The position numbers and the translations under genes are program-made. Below the pieces are notes generated by a model. It did not search any database. It had not been told where the DNA came from and was given only the letters and a program-made list of their open reading frames with translations. 64,000 nt of DNA from Bigelowiella natans CCMP2755 (taxonomy: Eukaryota; Protista; Cercozoa): the NCBI GenBank assembly GCA_000320545.1, contig ADNK01000427.1, positions 1 to 64,000 on the forward strand. Direction: 5' to 3'. Each line of letters starts with the position of its first letter. Positions within the stretch are counted from its first letter, which is position 1. Below are positions 37,966-50,915 of the stretch, piece by piece.

Positions 37966-38700
37966 AATGGGTCGCAACATTGTATGTCTGCAATGTGCAC
38001 GCAATGGCACGCACTGGTGTATAGCAACACATCATGTGCACTTTGTTGCAACACACGCTAAGAGCCTTTATATATGGGAGGCTACAAGATCGAGATGTGG
38101 GTTTCATCATATGGCACAGCACAGTGGATATGTGTGTAGGCGTCAGTATCATTCGTAATGTGCGCTATATGATGAGCAGGTGCACCTAACCGCTCAGTTT
38201 TGCTAGAGACGCATCATATATAGCATTGTGCTTGCTTCTTCGCTGCCCTAGCAGCTCATTGTAGTCACACTCGAATTCTTCGAGTCGAAATGTAATTAAT
38301 TGCATGATTGATCACGACCCAAAAGGCCATGTTATCCGCAGCACTAATCAAAAAATTAGCTTATATATTAGGCGAAATTAAGTTTCATGCTAGCTAGCAT
38401 GTTTTTAAGCGTGAAGCGGCTCGTCAAACTCAACACATGTAGGCTTATATGTCTGCGGATACATGCGAGTTTAGTTTGAGCAACACATTTTAGCATAAGA
38501 TGTGAGCAAATTGCATGATATCATTTCAATATAGCACGTCACATCGTACGTAGCCTGTGCGGAATGCTATATGACAACGAACTTTATGAGACAACATACA
38601 CATATGTTCGAAGCAAGGCATTTGCCGTAATATCAATCTAGACTCAGCATTGTTAGATCTGCGGATGTCGATTAAAGCAACTATTCCATTTGCTCAAGAG

Positions 38701-39305
38701 CTAGCGAAATATATTTATACCAACATCGTTCATTAGCATTACAAATCCTACTATATCAACTTTGCCATCACTGTCGCTGTGAACATTGTGGAGGATATAT
38801 TGTAGTTCTTTAACAGTCATCTCTTCCCTCAGATCACGAAATGAAGACGCCAAATCTTCCGCGTCTATGAAACCGTCCTGATCGTTATCGAAAAGTCGGA
38901 ACAGTTCCTCGATAGCACCTACGTCATCCTCGGCTTGAGCCAATCTTCTCTTGCATATCTCTTTAGCTTCTTCATCATTTTTTGCACTAAAAATTGGCAA
39001 CTCCAATTTCTTTGGGAAAGCACGAATCCTTTTTCGATCATTCTCCTGAACCTCAGCATATCTGAATCTTATTTCACCTTTCCGTGATGATGCCGATTCT
39101 TTCGGCCTTTTATCACTTATCTGTGACATCAACAGCAAGTTACTTGAGAATTGACAAGGCAACGAATTATAAATAAGCGACAGCTGACCAAAAACTGCAC
39201 CTGCAAAAATGCTGGCTCATGAAACTTGACGTGATAGATCCCGACCTCTGGCGTCGAGAGCAAAATTCGTTGTGATGAGCCTAACTTCGTTCTGAAGTGA
39301 TTCAT
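38701..39305 (-). CDS. EF-hand (calmodulin/centrin-like C-terminal pair) protein
   Basis: ELFRLFDNDQDGFIDAEDL and HSDSDGKVDIVGF; start codon uncertain. Confidence 0.75.
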
Positions 39306-39613
39306 GGTGACTACTGATGGAATATGAGATTCTTGATCGAAATAATCGATCAATCAATCCATCACATTGCTAGGGCATTTTTACCTGTAATCTTTCTTTT
39401 TGGGTTGTCTCTCAAGGGAAAGGGGGAAGCTCAGATGAGATGGGGCCTATTTTTGTAGTTTTTTGTTGTTGGAGTACTGTCTGCTTTTTTGTTAGATCTC
39501 CTTCAAGGCTTTTCTTTGGTTAAACAAGAATTCTCAAGTAGTCGCAGGGAATAAATGGGATGCATTTCATCCTTCCATCAACATACCGACGGATTTGAAG
39601 AACCCAACCCGAG

Positions 39614-42600
39614 ATGATGGAAGGGGACGGTTCGTGTACGGAGTCACAAATAAGCAGCCACAGCAGTAGCAATAGTAGTAGCAACAGCAGCCAGAAGCGT
39701 TCATTCATAGCAGAGGTAATTTAGCTTGCAATCCTTTTTTCATCGGAACTGAGGGAATGGTACCGACTAATTACTAATCTCCACAACTGATACATTTGAA
39801 CAATCGTAGAGACTTCGTCGCATAAAACTTACGCAAAGAATACAATCCTCAGCCCGGGAGAAAGCTACGAGGGTTTTATTTACCAAATATTATCTACTGT
39901 TATGGCTCCTCATCAAAAAGATTGATTGTATTCAGATGGTATCGAGCGTGGTATTAGATAGTCTGGGAAGCAGCAGCAGCAGCCCTGTCGTAGTGGTTGA
40001 ACATGGATCCAGAACAATAGGGACGGATATCAGCTCAAGGTGATAGCACTGTTGTTGTTGTTGTTGTTGTTGTTATTATTATTATTATTATTATTATTGT
40101 TATTATGCGACGGTTGTTCAATCACAAGCCTAGCCATTTTTTCAACGATGGACTTATGTTAAAATTGTTCAATACGAGTCAGTGATCTGGATCTGCTGAT
40201 ATGCCCCCCCCCTGGTTTAACATGTAATATTTTTTGTACAATCAGCAAGAAACGGTGAATAAAATACATATAGAGAATATGTTAGGTTTCATGAAGAATA
40301 GGCATATCCTGCAGGATTGGGCTGATGCAAAGAAGATACTTTCGGTGTACGAGAAGTACCGTACATAATTTGAAAAGAGAGGTCAAGACAATAATAATAG
40401 ATATTGTTGTTTACAATGGTAGGAGCAACGAAGATATTGCACCTTCCGTTCGGTGTACAATATGCCAGGTGCGTAATTTTGTCATTTCTGGTAGAAAATA
40501 TCACTGTGAATTCTAGCTGTGCTAACATAGCACTAATAATCCAAACTTCTTGAGAATACCACTATTTGGAACATTTTGGTTCATTAAGGTTTCGGTGTCA
40601 AGAAATCGGATCTTACAGCGCGCTGATGTACCCGTGTGTGCTAATTGTTGGGAGCTAGGAGATGAAGTCGTGATGATCATCCAAGAGTACTCTCGTTCCA
40701 TATTCTTCTTCTCTGAAATGGAGACAGTGCTAAAATGATTCACTGATTTAGGTACAGCGTGTCGCTGTCAATGAGAAGATGGGCAGCCCTTGCATTTAAC
40801 AAACCGTTACGCTTAGTAGAAGCTGGCCTCCAGATGCACCCACAAGTCTTGAAACATTTCACAGAAACCAAACATAGATACATATAGGGTTGAATATTCT
40901 TATTCTTCTTGAATAATGTGCAATCAACAGGTGTCCTGTGTAGAGTATATAGAGTTCACAAGGGTACCGATCGTTCGGTGCAAAATTCAAATCGGTTATC
41001 ATGTCACAGCTACAGATATACTGCCACTTCATTGTGTATTTACCATGCTCATCTTGCATTCCTTATATTAGATCTTCGGGGAGGTTATGAGCCCTTCAAC
41101 AATCAAGCAACATCAATTTTGGGTCAAACGCTTAACGTAGATATTGGGTATTGCGTCTTTAGAGGAGTAGTAGTAGTAGTAGTAGTAGTAGTGGCCGTGC
41201 ACTGATAAGGTGTTTGCAGAATATCTTCCAATGCTGAAGCGGCAAATTTTCAGAAGCAGAAGGTCATCGGGAAAAAAAATGGAAGAATCTTTTTTTTAAA
41301 CATTCATACGAATGATAAGCTACGTTATGTTTCAAAACTTTTTCATATTTTCCTTTTTGTCAATATATATTATTGTTGAGTAGTTTTTGGTTCTAGATCT
41401 TTCGATTGATGAGCCCAGAAGAGAAGGCTTTTGCGTATGATTTAGTGCTTTTGGTAAATTTGGGTGTTCACCAGCTAATAATGAGCGGCTATACATGGTA
41501 CTCTGAAAGGATTTATGAATGTTTTCAGTTAAAGGACATACTAAATTCAGAGAATCTAAGCGATACCTATCGAGGAGGCATGGGGGGCTATACAACTACA
41601 GCGTTGGTTTTTGCATACTTGAGAAATACACAAATTTTGGTTCGCAACAAGCCTTGCCAATTCACGTTGTCCCACCATTCCGTTGGGATATGTAATGACG
41701 GAGAGGAGAAGGATGACAGAACAAAGAATCACCAGCAAACATCGTTCTCATCATCGCGAGAGACTTATCACAATGGTGTAGTTGTTGGATATCTGGGTAG
41801 AAATCCATCCTGAGTGTGAAGATAGAAACAGTGCATGGCTCGATGATGTATTGTAATATTAAATTACATAGGAGGAAAACAGTATCTGGTGAAGCATTAC
41901 TCAGAGAAAAGGATCAAGGTGCATAGTGTTGCGGAGTCCCAGATACATCGAATTACTACTCCAACATATAGTGACCACAATATTGAGAAACTCTTTGAAG
42001 GTCAGATTAATATCGATGTCAAGATAATGTCACCAATGCAACACTCACCGCCTTTTTTGCTCCTACACATCTAGGTTTATGCCGATTTATCTCTAAAGAA
42101 TATCTTGAGTACAAGTATCACGATTATGATGATGACAAAGAAGAAATGTCATCGTTCTCTACCGTCAAACGTTATAATATTTCTAACAATATCTACATTG
42201 TTGGATGTGGTGTTGAGGTTTTGCATGGACACACAGACTGCTGCATGACGTCCGATTGGATGCTTCACATACCGTTGTACATTGAGCAAGGTCAGTTATA
42301 AATTTGGACGTCTTTAAAGAGATTGTGCTTAGGTTCAATAACAGACGAAAAACTAAAAAACCTGAATTCAAGGTTTTCTGCACTTACCTGACCCCGAGCA
42401 GTTGGAAATAGACTTGGGAGAAAAGGCAATACTGAAAATATTCTTATTGGAATTTTGATTTGGTTTCTCTAAATCTTATAACCCGTATGGATGCTCTTCT
42501 TTGAACGCACAGGTGTTCATGTTCCATAGAATCCAGGAGGTTTTGAAAGAAAAGGCTCGTGTTATTGAATCGCGCAAGGAGCCCAACAACACTCACAAAC

Positions 42601-42635
42601 ACGATCGCTATCGTGTCGAAGACATAAAATATTAG
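39614..42635 (+). CDS. Non-canonical poly(A)/poly(U) polymerase (TRF4/PAPD5/Cid1-like nucleotidyltransferase), many short exons
   Basis: Spliced HGSRTIGTDISS-SDLDLLI (GS + DxD), YRGGMGGYTTTALVFAYL, LHLPDPEQLEIDLGEK-VFMFHRIQEVL (PAP-associated). Confidence 0.7.
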
Positions 42636-43450
42636 CTGTACAGGAGTAAAGTTTTACAGATGTTAATTAATAGTAGGGAATCTGGTACACACCATACACC
42701 ATGACATCATCTGCACGCACTCTGCTTGTGCACAACTCGAGCTTGCAGAGTAGCTAATAGAGAATGTATGTATCATGTATATGACGTACCGGTGGCATTC
42801 TAGCATTATACATAGTGTTATGTACGTATCGCAACATGTAATGGCCTCAAGTTCTAGAGTTGTCCAGAATCATGCTCATGTGCAATCATAACACTTGATC
42901 ATTTTGTCATGCAATGACTGTTCTACGGTGGATGATTGATTGCATCATCTAGGGATGCACACTGTGGCCTTGAATTCACGCATGAATGCGGGCGGTCTAT
43001 AGCGGTGCTATTCTATTATTGCTCATCCCTGCTGCCTGCCCATTCATGGTCTAGTCTAGTAGTGATTGTTGTCTCATTGGATGCAACACATGAAAGGCTA
43101 GAAGGGTGTCTCAAAAATGGGACAACTTACAACATGTTGAGCGCCTTGACCGACATGCAGCCACGCGCAGCATGCTCAAACGAAGCTAGAAAATCTTTGG
43201 CAAAAGGCCCATGAAAACTTTCATGTGCATCTCGTTGTATTGTTCACACAGCATGCATCGCACTGAATGCTGCGTGCCTATGAGCTTTCAGAGACAAAAG
43301 TTACACAACGAAGGCACAGCATGTGCTGGGGTCCTCTATGTACTGAATGAACATCTAGATAGACAAGTCGTATCGCACAAATCTTAAATCAAATTTATCA
43401 TTACATCATTCGGAACACAAAAGTAAAAATAGTCCATGTGTGCTAATTGA

Positions 43451-46400
43451 TCACAAAAAATCTGAAGGGCTAATATTTAGAGACTTTGCTATAGCGAAAG
43501 TTGCTTCGTCATCCTCATTCAATTCTTTGAGCTCCATGTTCACACCGTCAATCAAGGAATCCAATTGGTTTTTTCCTTCCTCCAGTTTGTAGTTTTGAGA
43601 CGTCCTATTTCCAGATATCTTTGAGTTACATCGCTGCATTCTGTATAAAGCTTTCAAAATTTCGTCCAATTCTCGGCGAAATCTTCGAATTTCATTGTCT
43701 TTCTGGTTAAGTTGTTTCTTGTGCGCGTTTTGCATAAGTTTGACATCTTCCTTTGCTTGGAGCTCCAACTCCTCTATCTCAGATTGCATTTCTCTCTCTC
43801 TCGCATACTGGAGGTTTTCGATGTCTTTTATTCGCACTTTCAGACGTTCAATCTGAGCTTGATATGGTGTCTTTCTAAGCTGATTCATTTCATGTTCCAA
43901 ATCCGTCAACTTCTTCTCTTGGTCTCTTTTCTCCTTCGAAGTCATTTCTAGCTGTGCCTTCACCAACCTCAACTCCTCGTTGAGTCCCCTCGCTGCTGCT
44001 ATAGAGCTGGTCTTTGTGTCCTCCAAATGATCTTTTAGTAACCGGATTCGCGTTTCACAAGACTCAGTCACGCTCTTAAGCTGCACCTTGTACACATTCT
44101 CAATGCGCGACATTCTATTCTCGAATTTTTCTCTCTCCTCAGCATTGTATACAGCCGCAGACACAGCCGCAGGCACAGCCACAGGTTGAAGCCCATTTCC
44201 CTTTCTACCTTCCTCTCGAGCTGCTTTCAGATCTAACTTCAGCTCTTCAATAATCTGGTGTTGCTGCTCAATTTTTTGATTAAGCTTGTTCATAGCATCA
44301 TCCCCTCTTGATTTACCGAAATCTAGATTCTCTGCAGGTTTCTGTTTTCCATTTTCTTCCATTTTCTTCTTATAATAGGATCGCATTTCAGATAGTTGCT
44401 TCTCCAATTGCTTTATCCGTGAATCCTTCCTCCTTGTACCTATTATTTTCTCGGAGCTATTTGTTTTTTTCTTCTGTTGTAGTTCTTTGATCTTGTCTTC
44501 GTAAAGCATTTTCGTTTGATCGTGCATTTGTTTCAAGCTTCTCACTTTGATTTCCATTTGATGTTCCTTTTCCCGAAGGCCAACTTTGAGGCTCTTTATT
44601 TCTTCCTTCAGCGTTATCACCATTTTCTCCTCTTCAACCGAGGGTTGTGCAGCGTGAATCATCGCCATCATGCTATCAGGTCGCTTTTTCTTTATCATTG
44701 CCTGCAGATCTTCTACAAGAGATTCTAACTCTTTAATACGCTTTTGTTGCTTTAGATTCCCTCGTTTCTTTTCTGTTCTAGGTTTTTGATGGAGCAATTC
44801 AATCTTCTCTTCTAGTTTGATTATCTTTTCTTTATCATTCTTCCGAATTTCTACCAGCTCATCAATGACACTTTGATTCTCGATGTACCATTTCAGCTTT
44901 GTTTGGAGCTTTCTGATTTCTTCTTCTTTTAGTTCGGTCACCACATTCAGCTTATTTTCAAGGCTACGGATATACTCATTTTCCTTTTGTACGTCTCTAG
45001 AATTGATCCCAGTCTGTGTCTCGAGATCTAGCTTCTCTTTCCTAAGTTTATCGATCTCATATTTCATTTCCATCACACGCTTCTCATGGGTTTTCCTTTC
45101 CCTGTTCAGTGTCTCCTTCGCCTCCTTCGCTATAGCATTTGTCGCCTCGCCTTCACAACGAAGACCTGCACCTTTGTAACTGAGAACCTGCTGCTCGAGC
45201 GTTTCGTTCTTCATACGTAGGGCTCCTAATTTTTGCTCAAAATTATCTTCTGTGTCTTTCGTTGCCTTGCCGTGCATTTTGATGACATCGTGGAGTCTTT
45301 GATTTTCTTTGTTCAAGCTTTGAATGAGATTCTCCATTCGTTCGATCTAGAGTTACAAATTACTTATAATATGACAGCATACTGAGAATATGCAATCTTA
45401 CCTCATCTATAAGCTTCCTTGTATCCATCTTTGTCCTTGCCGCACGTTTCTCATCCTTCGTTAAATAGATATTGGCGGCCTTTTCATCCATTAGCTTTTG
45501 CATTTCGTTATCAAGATTTCTATACATCTTTGCCTTCTGTTCAAGCTGTTCCTTGAACTCTTGCTTTTCACACCTCAAGGTCTTATTCTGTTCAGACAAG
45601 AGTTTGACCTTGTCTTCAAGGCCACTAATTTTTCGATCTCTATCTGACACTTTTGCTTTCCATTCTTCCATGGTCTTCCTGAGAGAAACCAGTTCATTGC
45701 TGGATAATTTGGAAGATTTTCTTAGGAGCTCCAGTTCTTTTTCAGATTCTTTCACCGAAATTCGCAAATGCTCCAGCTCGTTATTGTTTTGAATAATGGT
45801 ATTTTCTTGCTTAATCGTGGATCGTGGGAACAGAGAACTATGCCCCAGGTCATTTTTTGATTCCCCTTTGCTTTCTCGAGAAACATTTTTCTGTCCAGGA
45901 TGATCTACCCTAGCAGAGTTTTCGGCCAGGATATGTAGGTTTGAATTTCCAGATTTTAAAGTCGGCAAGGCTTCTTTGAGCGAAGAAAATGAAAGAGAGA
46001 CGTCGGGTGACACACTAAATTTTGGAAGCTTGAGACTGTCATCAGGGTCATGACGTGTGCTACCTCTTTTGCTAGTACTAGCTTTGATGCTCCTTGAAAT
46101 ACCTGTCAACTCTGGCAACATTGGTTGACGCTCAAGAAATATTGTTTTGTCAGAACCAACATTACCTGAAATATGAAAAATAAATAAATTGGAACACGAC
46201 AATGAATTCAATATCTAACCATTGTGATTTGGAGCCCCTTTTTTGTTGCTCTGCGCACTCATCCTTAAACTTGAAAACTAAGTTGTTATACGAAAAATGA
46301 ATAACTATGACTTCAATACTTGTTTGCTCAACACCTGATTCTGACGTGGAGATTCAGATTTATGTGAATGCCGAATTTCAGAACCCTGTGTGCCATCAGA

Positions 46401-47193
46401 CGTGAACCTCTGGGAGTTATCAACACCTAGAAATGGTTCACAATTTGCATAAGATCTTCATATTCTTTAATAGAAACCAAATTCGTTGTTTAGATCATGA
46501 AAGTGAACCTCTTTTTCCTTCCATCATGTCTCCTTGAGTTAGGCCTTGCGAGCTCTTCGGTTCCAAATGGTGAGCATCAATTCGTGTGGAAGCTTTGTCC
46601 TGGATTAATACATCATGTGAGGAAGGAATCTTCATACAGAACACAGGGTTTCATGACCTCCTCAGAGAAGTCTGCAGTCCGCAGCATTGACTTTTTACTA
46701 GCACATTTCGTCGACTCATTTTTGGGAGCGCCGTAAACTTCTGTATTCGAACCAACAATAACATAAGAGATGGTATGTCCTCCAGAATTTCAATTACTTA
46801 CTTTCAGATTGGATGTCGGTCTTCGGATTTAATGCGAGGGAGATACTCTTGTTAATGTCTGCTATCAGATCTTCAAATAGAACGTAAATGTTAAGGATGC
46901 AAAGAAGGAGCATGTGTTGAAGCTGAACGCGATGACCTTGGGTATTTGCAAAATCGTTTCCAACGGCGTCCAAATCCAGTGACTCTGATAGGGATATGTG
47001 CTCAGTCTAGATCACTCTCGTTGATGTGTCGGTGTCGCATTAAAATGACAAAACCTGGCTCGTCCACAGGGCTTCCAGGATTGGAAGGCTCGTCCCTGAA
47101 ATACTACGCTTAAACGACAGACTGCACGGTTATACACAAAATTTACCCGAGGAGCTTATCAATAGAAAGCATAAAGTCATCGTCTTCTTCCAT
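43451..47193 (-). CDS. CEP162: Centrosomal coiled-coil protein CEP162-like, multi-exon
   Basis: KLKWYIENQSVID, RIKELESLVEDLQAMIKKKRPDSMMAMIHAA, KDNEIRRFRRELDEILKAL resemble conserved CEP162 blocks; 5' exons approximate. Confidence 0.75.
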
Positions 47194-47696
47194 GGCCATA
47201 GACTATGCAAGCTTCCCAAACTCAAATGCACCAAACGAGTACTCTTTCTATTAGATGGCGGGAAACTGGGCCGAAAAATATTTTTCCTAAATGATTGACT
47301 TGCGTATTGCGTCGATACATCATCGACCATTTTATGTCTCGTAAGACAAACGCCAAACCACCACTTTATTCTCGGTTGCGTCCAGATTCCGGTTTTGCAG
47401 ACTAATGTCCATGGGATTCCGAATTACCGATATTTCAGTATAGCGACAACATAAAATACGCTTAATCATTGCTAAACAAATCGGTATACACTTCCAAGTT
47501 CTTGCTCGGTATCTTAAATTCTACCCTCGCGCAAGGTCAGGTGCACTCACCTTTGCTCCTTCTTTCTGTTCACCCATCGCTCTTTCCGTCCGCACTTCTC
47601 ATAAGTTGTTATTCTTTGTACTTGATATTTCGCATAAGATTCATCTTTCTATGAAAGATGTTCATATTTTCTAATAAACCATTGTCTGTAACAGCC

Positions 47697-48614
47697 ATGA
47701 GCGACGACAAACCTGCGGACACTGGGAACCTTGAAGATAAAAATCCTGAATTGGAGAAAGGTGATGAAAAGGTTGAGGACACATTAAAAGATGAGGGAAA
47801 AGACGACGATGGATCGAAAGATGAACCCCTTGACGAGGTGCAATCATACACCGTGATTCAAAATATAATGAAATCTGAAATATAAGTTTAACACAAAGAC
47901 ACTCGAGGAGATGCGGAAAACACTAAAAGAAGCTGACGAAGAGATAAGAAAAATAGTAGCTAGGTCCACAAGTTTCGGAGGGACCGCAGAATCCTCCAAC
48001 AAGGCAGCTGGTGCATACCACAATCCGTCAAATCTGTCATATATCAAACTTGAAACTATACACATTCAGCTTCGTTTGGACCTGAGGTGGACAAAAGATC
48101 CGTCTATGTTGGGAATGTGGAATATGAAACCAAGCCAGATGAGCTGAAAGAATTTTTCACTCCTTGTGGGGCGGTGAATCGTGTAACCATTATGGTGAAT
48201 AAACGTACAGGCCGGGCTATGGGGTAAGATTTACGTCATCAGAAGAAAATGATAATTAATCAGATACTGCATCAGATATGCGTACGTTGAATTCCATGAC
48301 GAAGAAGGGGCAAAAAATGCGGTGCTACTTGATGAGCAAGAATTCAAGGGGCGACTTCTGAAGGTTCGTTTGTAGCGAATGGAGGCCGTTGCGCCTACTA
48401 ATATTTGAAACAATTACGTCAGGTAAATTCCAAGAGAACGAACATCAAGGGATTCAGCTCCAGAGGAAGAGTAAACGAACTTAGTATTTATCATTCTAGG
48501 GAAATAACTTTACATTGTTTTCAGCCGAGATATAGAAGGAGGCGATTCAGCCGATACCGCCCTCGCTACAGATCTAGCTATGGAAATCGTCGTGCTGTAT
48601 ACAAACCATATTAG
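47697..48614 (+). CDS. PABPN1: Nuclear poly(A)-binding protein (single RRM, Arg-rich tail), multi-exon
   Basis: EVDKRSVYVGNVEY, CGAVNRVTI, GYAYVEF, KVNSKRTNIKG, C-terminal YKPY. Confidence 0.92.
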
Positions 48615-48816
48615 AAGGTCTAGCGCTACAACCTTCACAGCACGGACTGAATTGGAGTAGATAGGCAGTCATGATCTGAATTCGGAGATTGCGAAAAAAT
48701 GATAGGGATTCCGTGAAATACCACTGTAAAACTTAAAACACGATTCCATTTTTAACCTAGTCTCCTTGAAGTCCAGCTCCTTTTTTTGCTTTCCCCTTTC
48801 TCTGTGTTGTCGTCCT

Positions 48817-48880
<64 letters not shown>

Positions 48881-49369
48881 TTTCTATCTCTCTCTCTCCT
48901 GTTCTCCACTTCCCTTCCCTCTGAATGTCTCATGTCCCCTTCCCCTTCCTGTGTGAGTGGCGGTGGGTGTGCGGAATGTGAATGAAGTTGCCGAAGTTGT
49001 ACCATGAATAAAATTGGACATTCGGTTATCATATCTAGCATACACGCAGATATTACTAGACGCAGTAGCAAGACGATAGCAATGCGATACAACGCATGTA
49101 CGTACTGTATGATAGCATAAAACTGCTGTCTAGCTGTGTCTGTGCATCGCGCTCGTTCACGTACACGTACACACATCTAGCTAGACATCTCGCACACCGT
49201 GCGATCGAGCGTACGAAGCCTGCATTCAATGTGTGTGTTCATTGCACACACGAGATGATCGACGGATGCTGTCAATTGAGAAATTTGAAAATTTCAACAG
49301 TCGTCATTCCAAAATGTGGCTTGTAGAGCTCTAGTACGCTCTAGCGTTAGCTGGATCGAGAGCTTAGCA

Positions 49370-50141
49370 ATCACAACCAGCAGAAACTTATAACATCAGC
49401 TTTGACGTGCATGGTGGCCGCACCAAACTTCATCAAAAAGCTTGGAAAACCACAACAAAGCATTCCACTTTGCATGTGCACTCCGGTGGACTCTGACGAG
49501 CTCCTGCATGCTAGCCTGGTGGCTTCCAGTGCGCTCAAACACCTTCACAACCAGCAGAAATTTGCAACATTGGCTCTGCGAGCATGCCAGCATGGCGACC
49601 GCACCACAATTTTTTTTTTCAAAAAGCTTGGAAAACCACAAAAAAACATTGCCATGCATTGCGAATGCACTCTGGTGGACTCTGACGAGCTTCTGCTGGC
49701 TTCCAATGCGCTCAAACACCCTTTTGCGTTGTGTTGAAAATTGAAGCGCGCAAAAGGTGCAAAAACTCGATTTTGAAATTTTTTTGCAACGCGACGTTCA
49801 TTCTCAAAAAAATGTTTTTTTGCTCCGAAATTCAAACCGTGTACGTGTAACATTAGTTTGCCAAAAGTGTGCGCGATGCTCAATTGTGGATTTGCATGTC
49901 GTGCGATCGAGCCATCATGTTCAAAACAGCGTGAGAATTTTCCAAATCTGAGGGTTGGAAAAATGACAAAAAAAACCTGCAAAACCGCATGCAGAGCAGG
50001 AAATGCGCGCGCGCGTGCGCCCTGAAACTTGCTCGAGCGTTGTTTCTCATCATGTTCGAAAGTTTTCAAGCGTCACTTGGTGTGGTGTTGCGTTGCATGC
50101 TGCAGCACCCAGAGTGTTACATGGTTTCTGCTGGTTGTGAT
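49370..50141. mobile_element. Putative MITE / non-autonomous DNA transposon
   Basis: Perfect 18-bp terminal inverted repeats atcacaaccagcagaaac (49370-49387) / gtttctgctggttgtgat (50124-50141); internal ~175-bp tandem duplication; no coding capacity. Confidence 0.7.
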
Positions 50142-50172
50142 GCCTAGAATGCTACAATAATCGAATGCTGCC

Positions 50173-50296
50173 GCGGCTGCAGCGCTCAAATTGCATGTGC
50201 TAGTGTGGTTATTTGTTTCGGCAATGATGTGCTGTCATGTGCATGTACGTGAGACGGATGTAATTGATCAATTAAATTTATTCAATGGTCATCCTC
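50173..50296 (-). repeat. Dispersed repeat family R2, inverted rearranged fragments
   Basis: tgagacggatgtaat...aaatttattcaatggtcatcct (50250-50296) and gcggctgcagcgctcaaattgcat (50173-50196). Confidence 0.7.
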
Positions 50297-50915
50297 AGTT
50301 ACAGATCATTGTGTAGGCCTATGCACACAATGCAGCGGCGCTGATGTTGAAGCTGTTGGCTTCCGCTACAATGCATTGGATGTGTTTGCATGCAATCAAA
50401 TACGCCATTGTTTCGGTCTGGAACGATCGCACATTTCGTGCAGCATGCAGTTCGTGTTTCCTTCTCATCACATGTAGCGTCAATTTTGTGTTTCCACATT
50501 TGCGTGCAAGGTCATGTGCAGCCAGGGTTGCTGTGTAGACAAGTAGAGCCAGCTGTGCTAGTGTGCGCGAATATGTGACAATCTCTCTCTCTCGTCTTGA
50601 GACTTTTTCATGTCATTGTATATCTAGATATGTCCATTATGCTAGTTATTGTATGGCTTGCAGTTGATTGTGGAGTCTTGTCTGTTGTGGTGCGAACTGT
50701 GCCTACGCAGCTAATGAGCAGGTGATCAATGTCCTTGAGTATACGAGTGCGCCACATGCGTGGAAATGAGCTTCATCTTGTTGGCATTAGTTACGCGATG
50801 GGATGAGGCTCCCGACTGCGTTTCCAGTATGTGCGCCACGCATAAGACAAGCATAGTAAAAATTAGTTGCAAATAAAATCATCGTACTGTGCGAATCAAG
50901 TTCACATTTTATGCA

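Noticed and set aside
49371-49720. CRISPR-like or satellite array
   Set aside because: Only two ~175-bp diverged units with no unique spacers; eukaryotic context
49545-50069. 174-aa ORF as transposase
   Set aside because: No DDE or HTH motifs; lies in a TpA-poor MITE where stops are scarce
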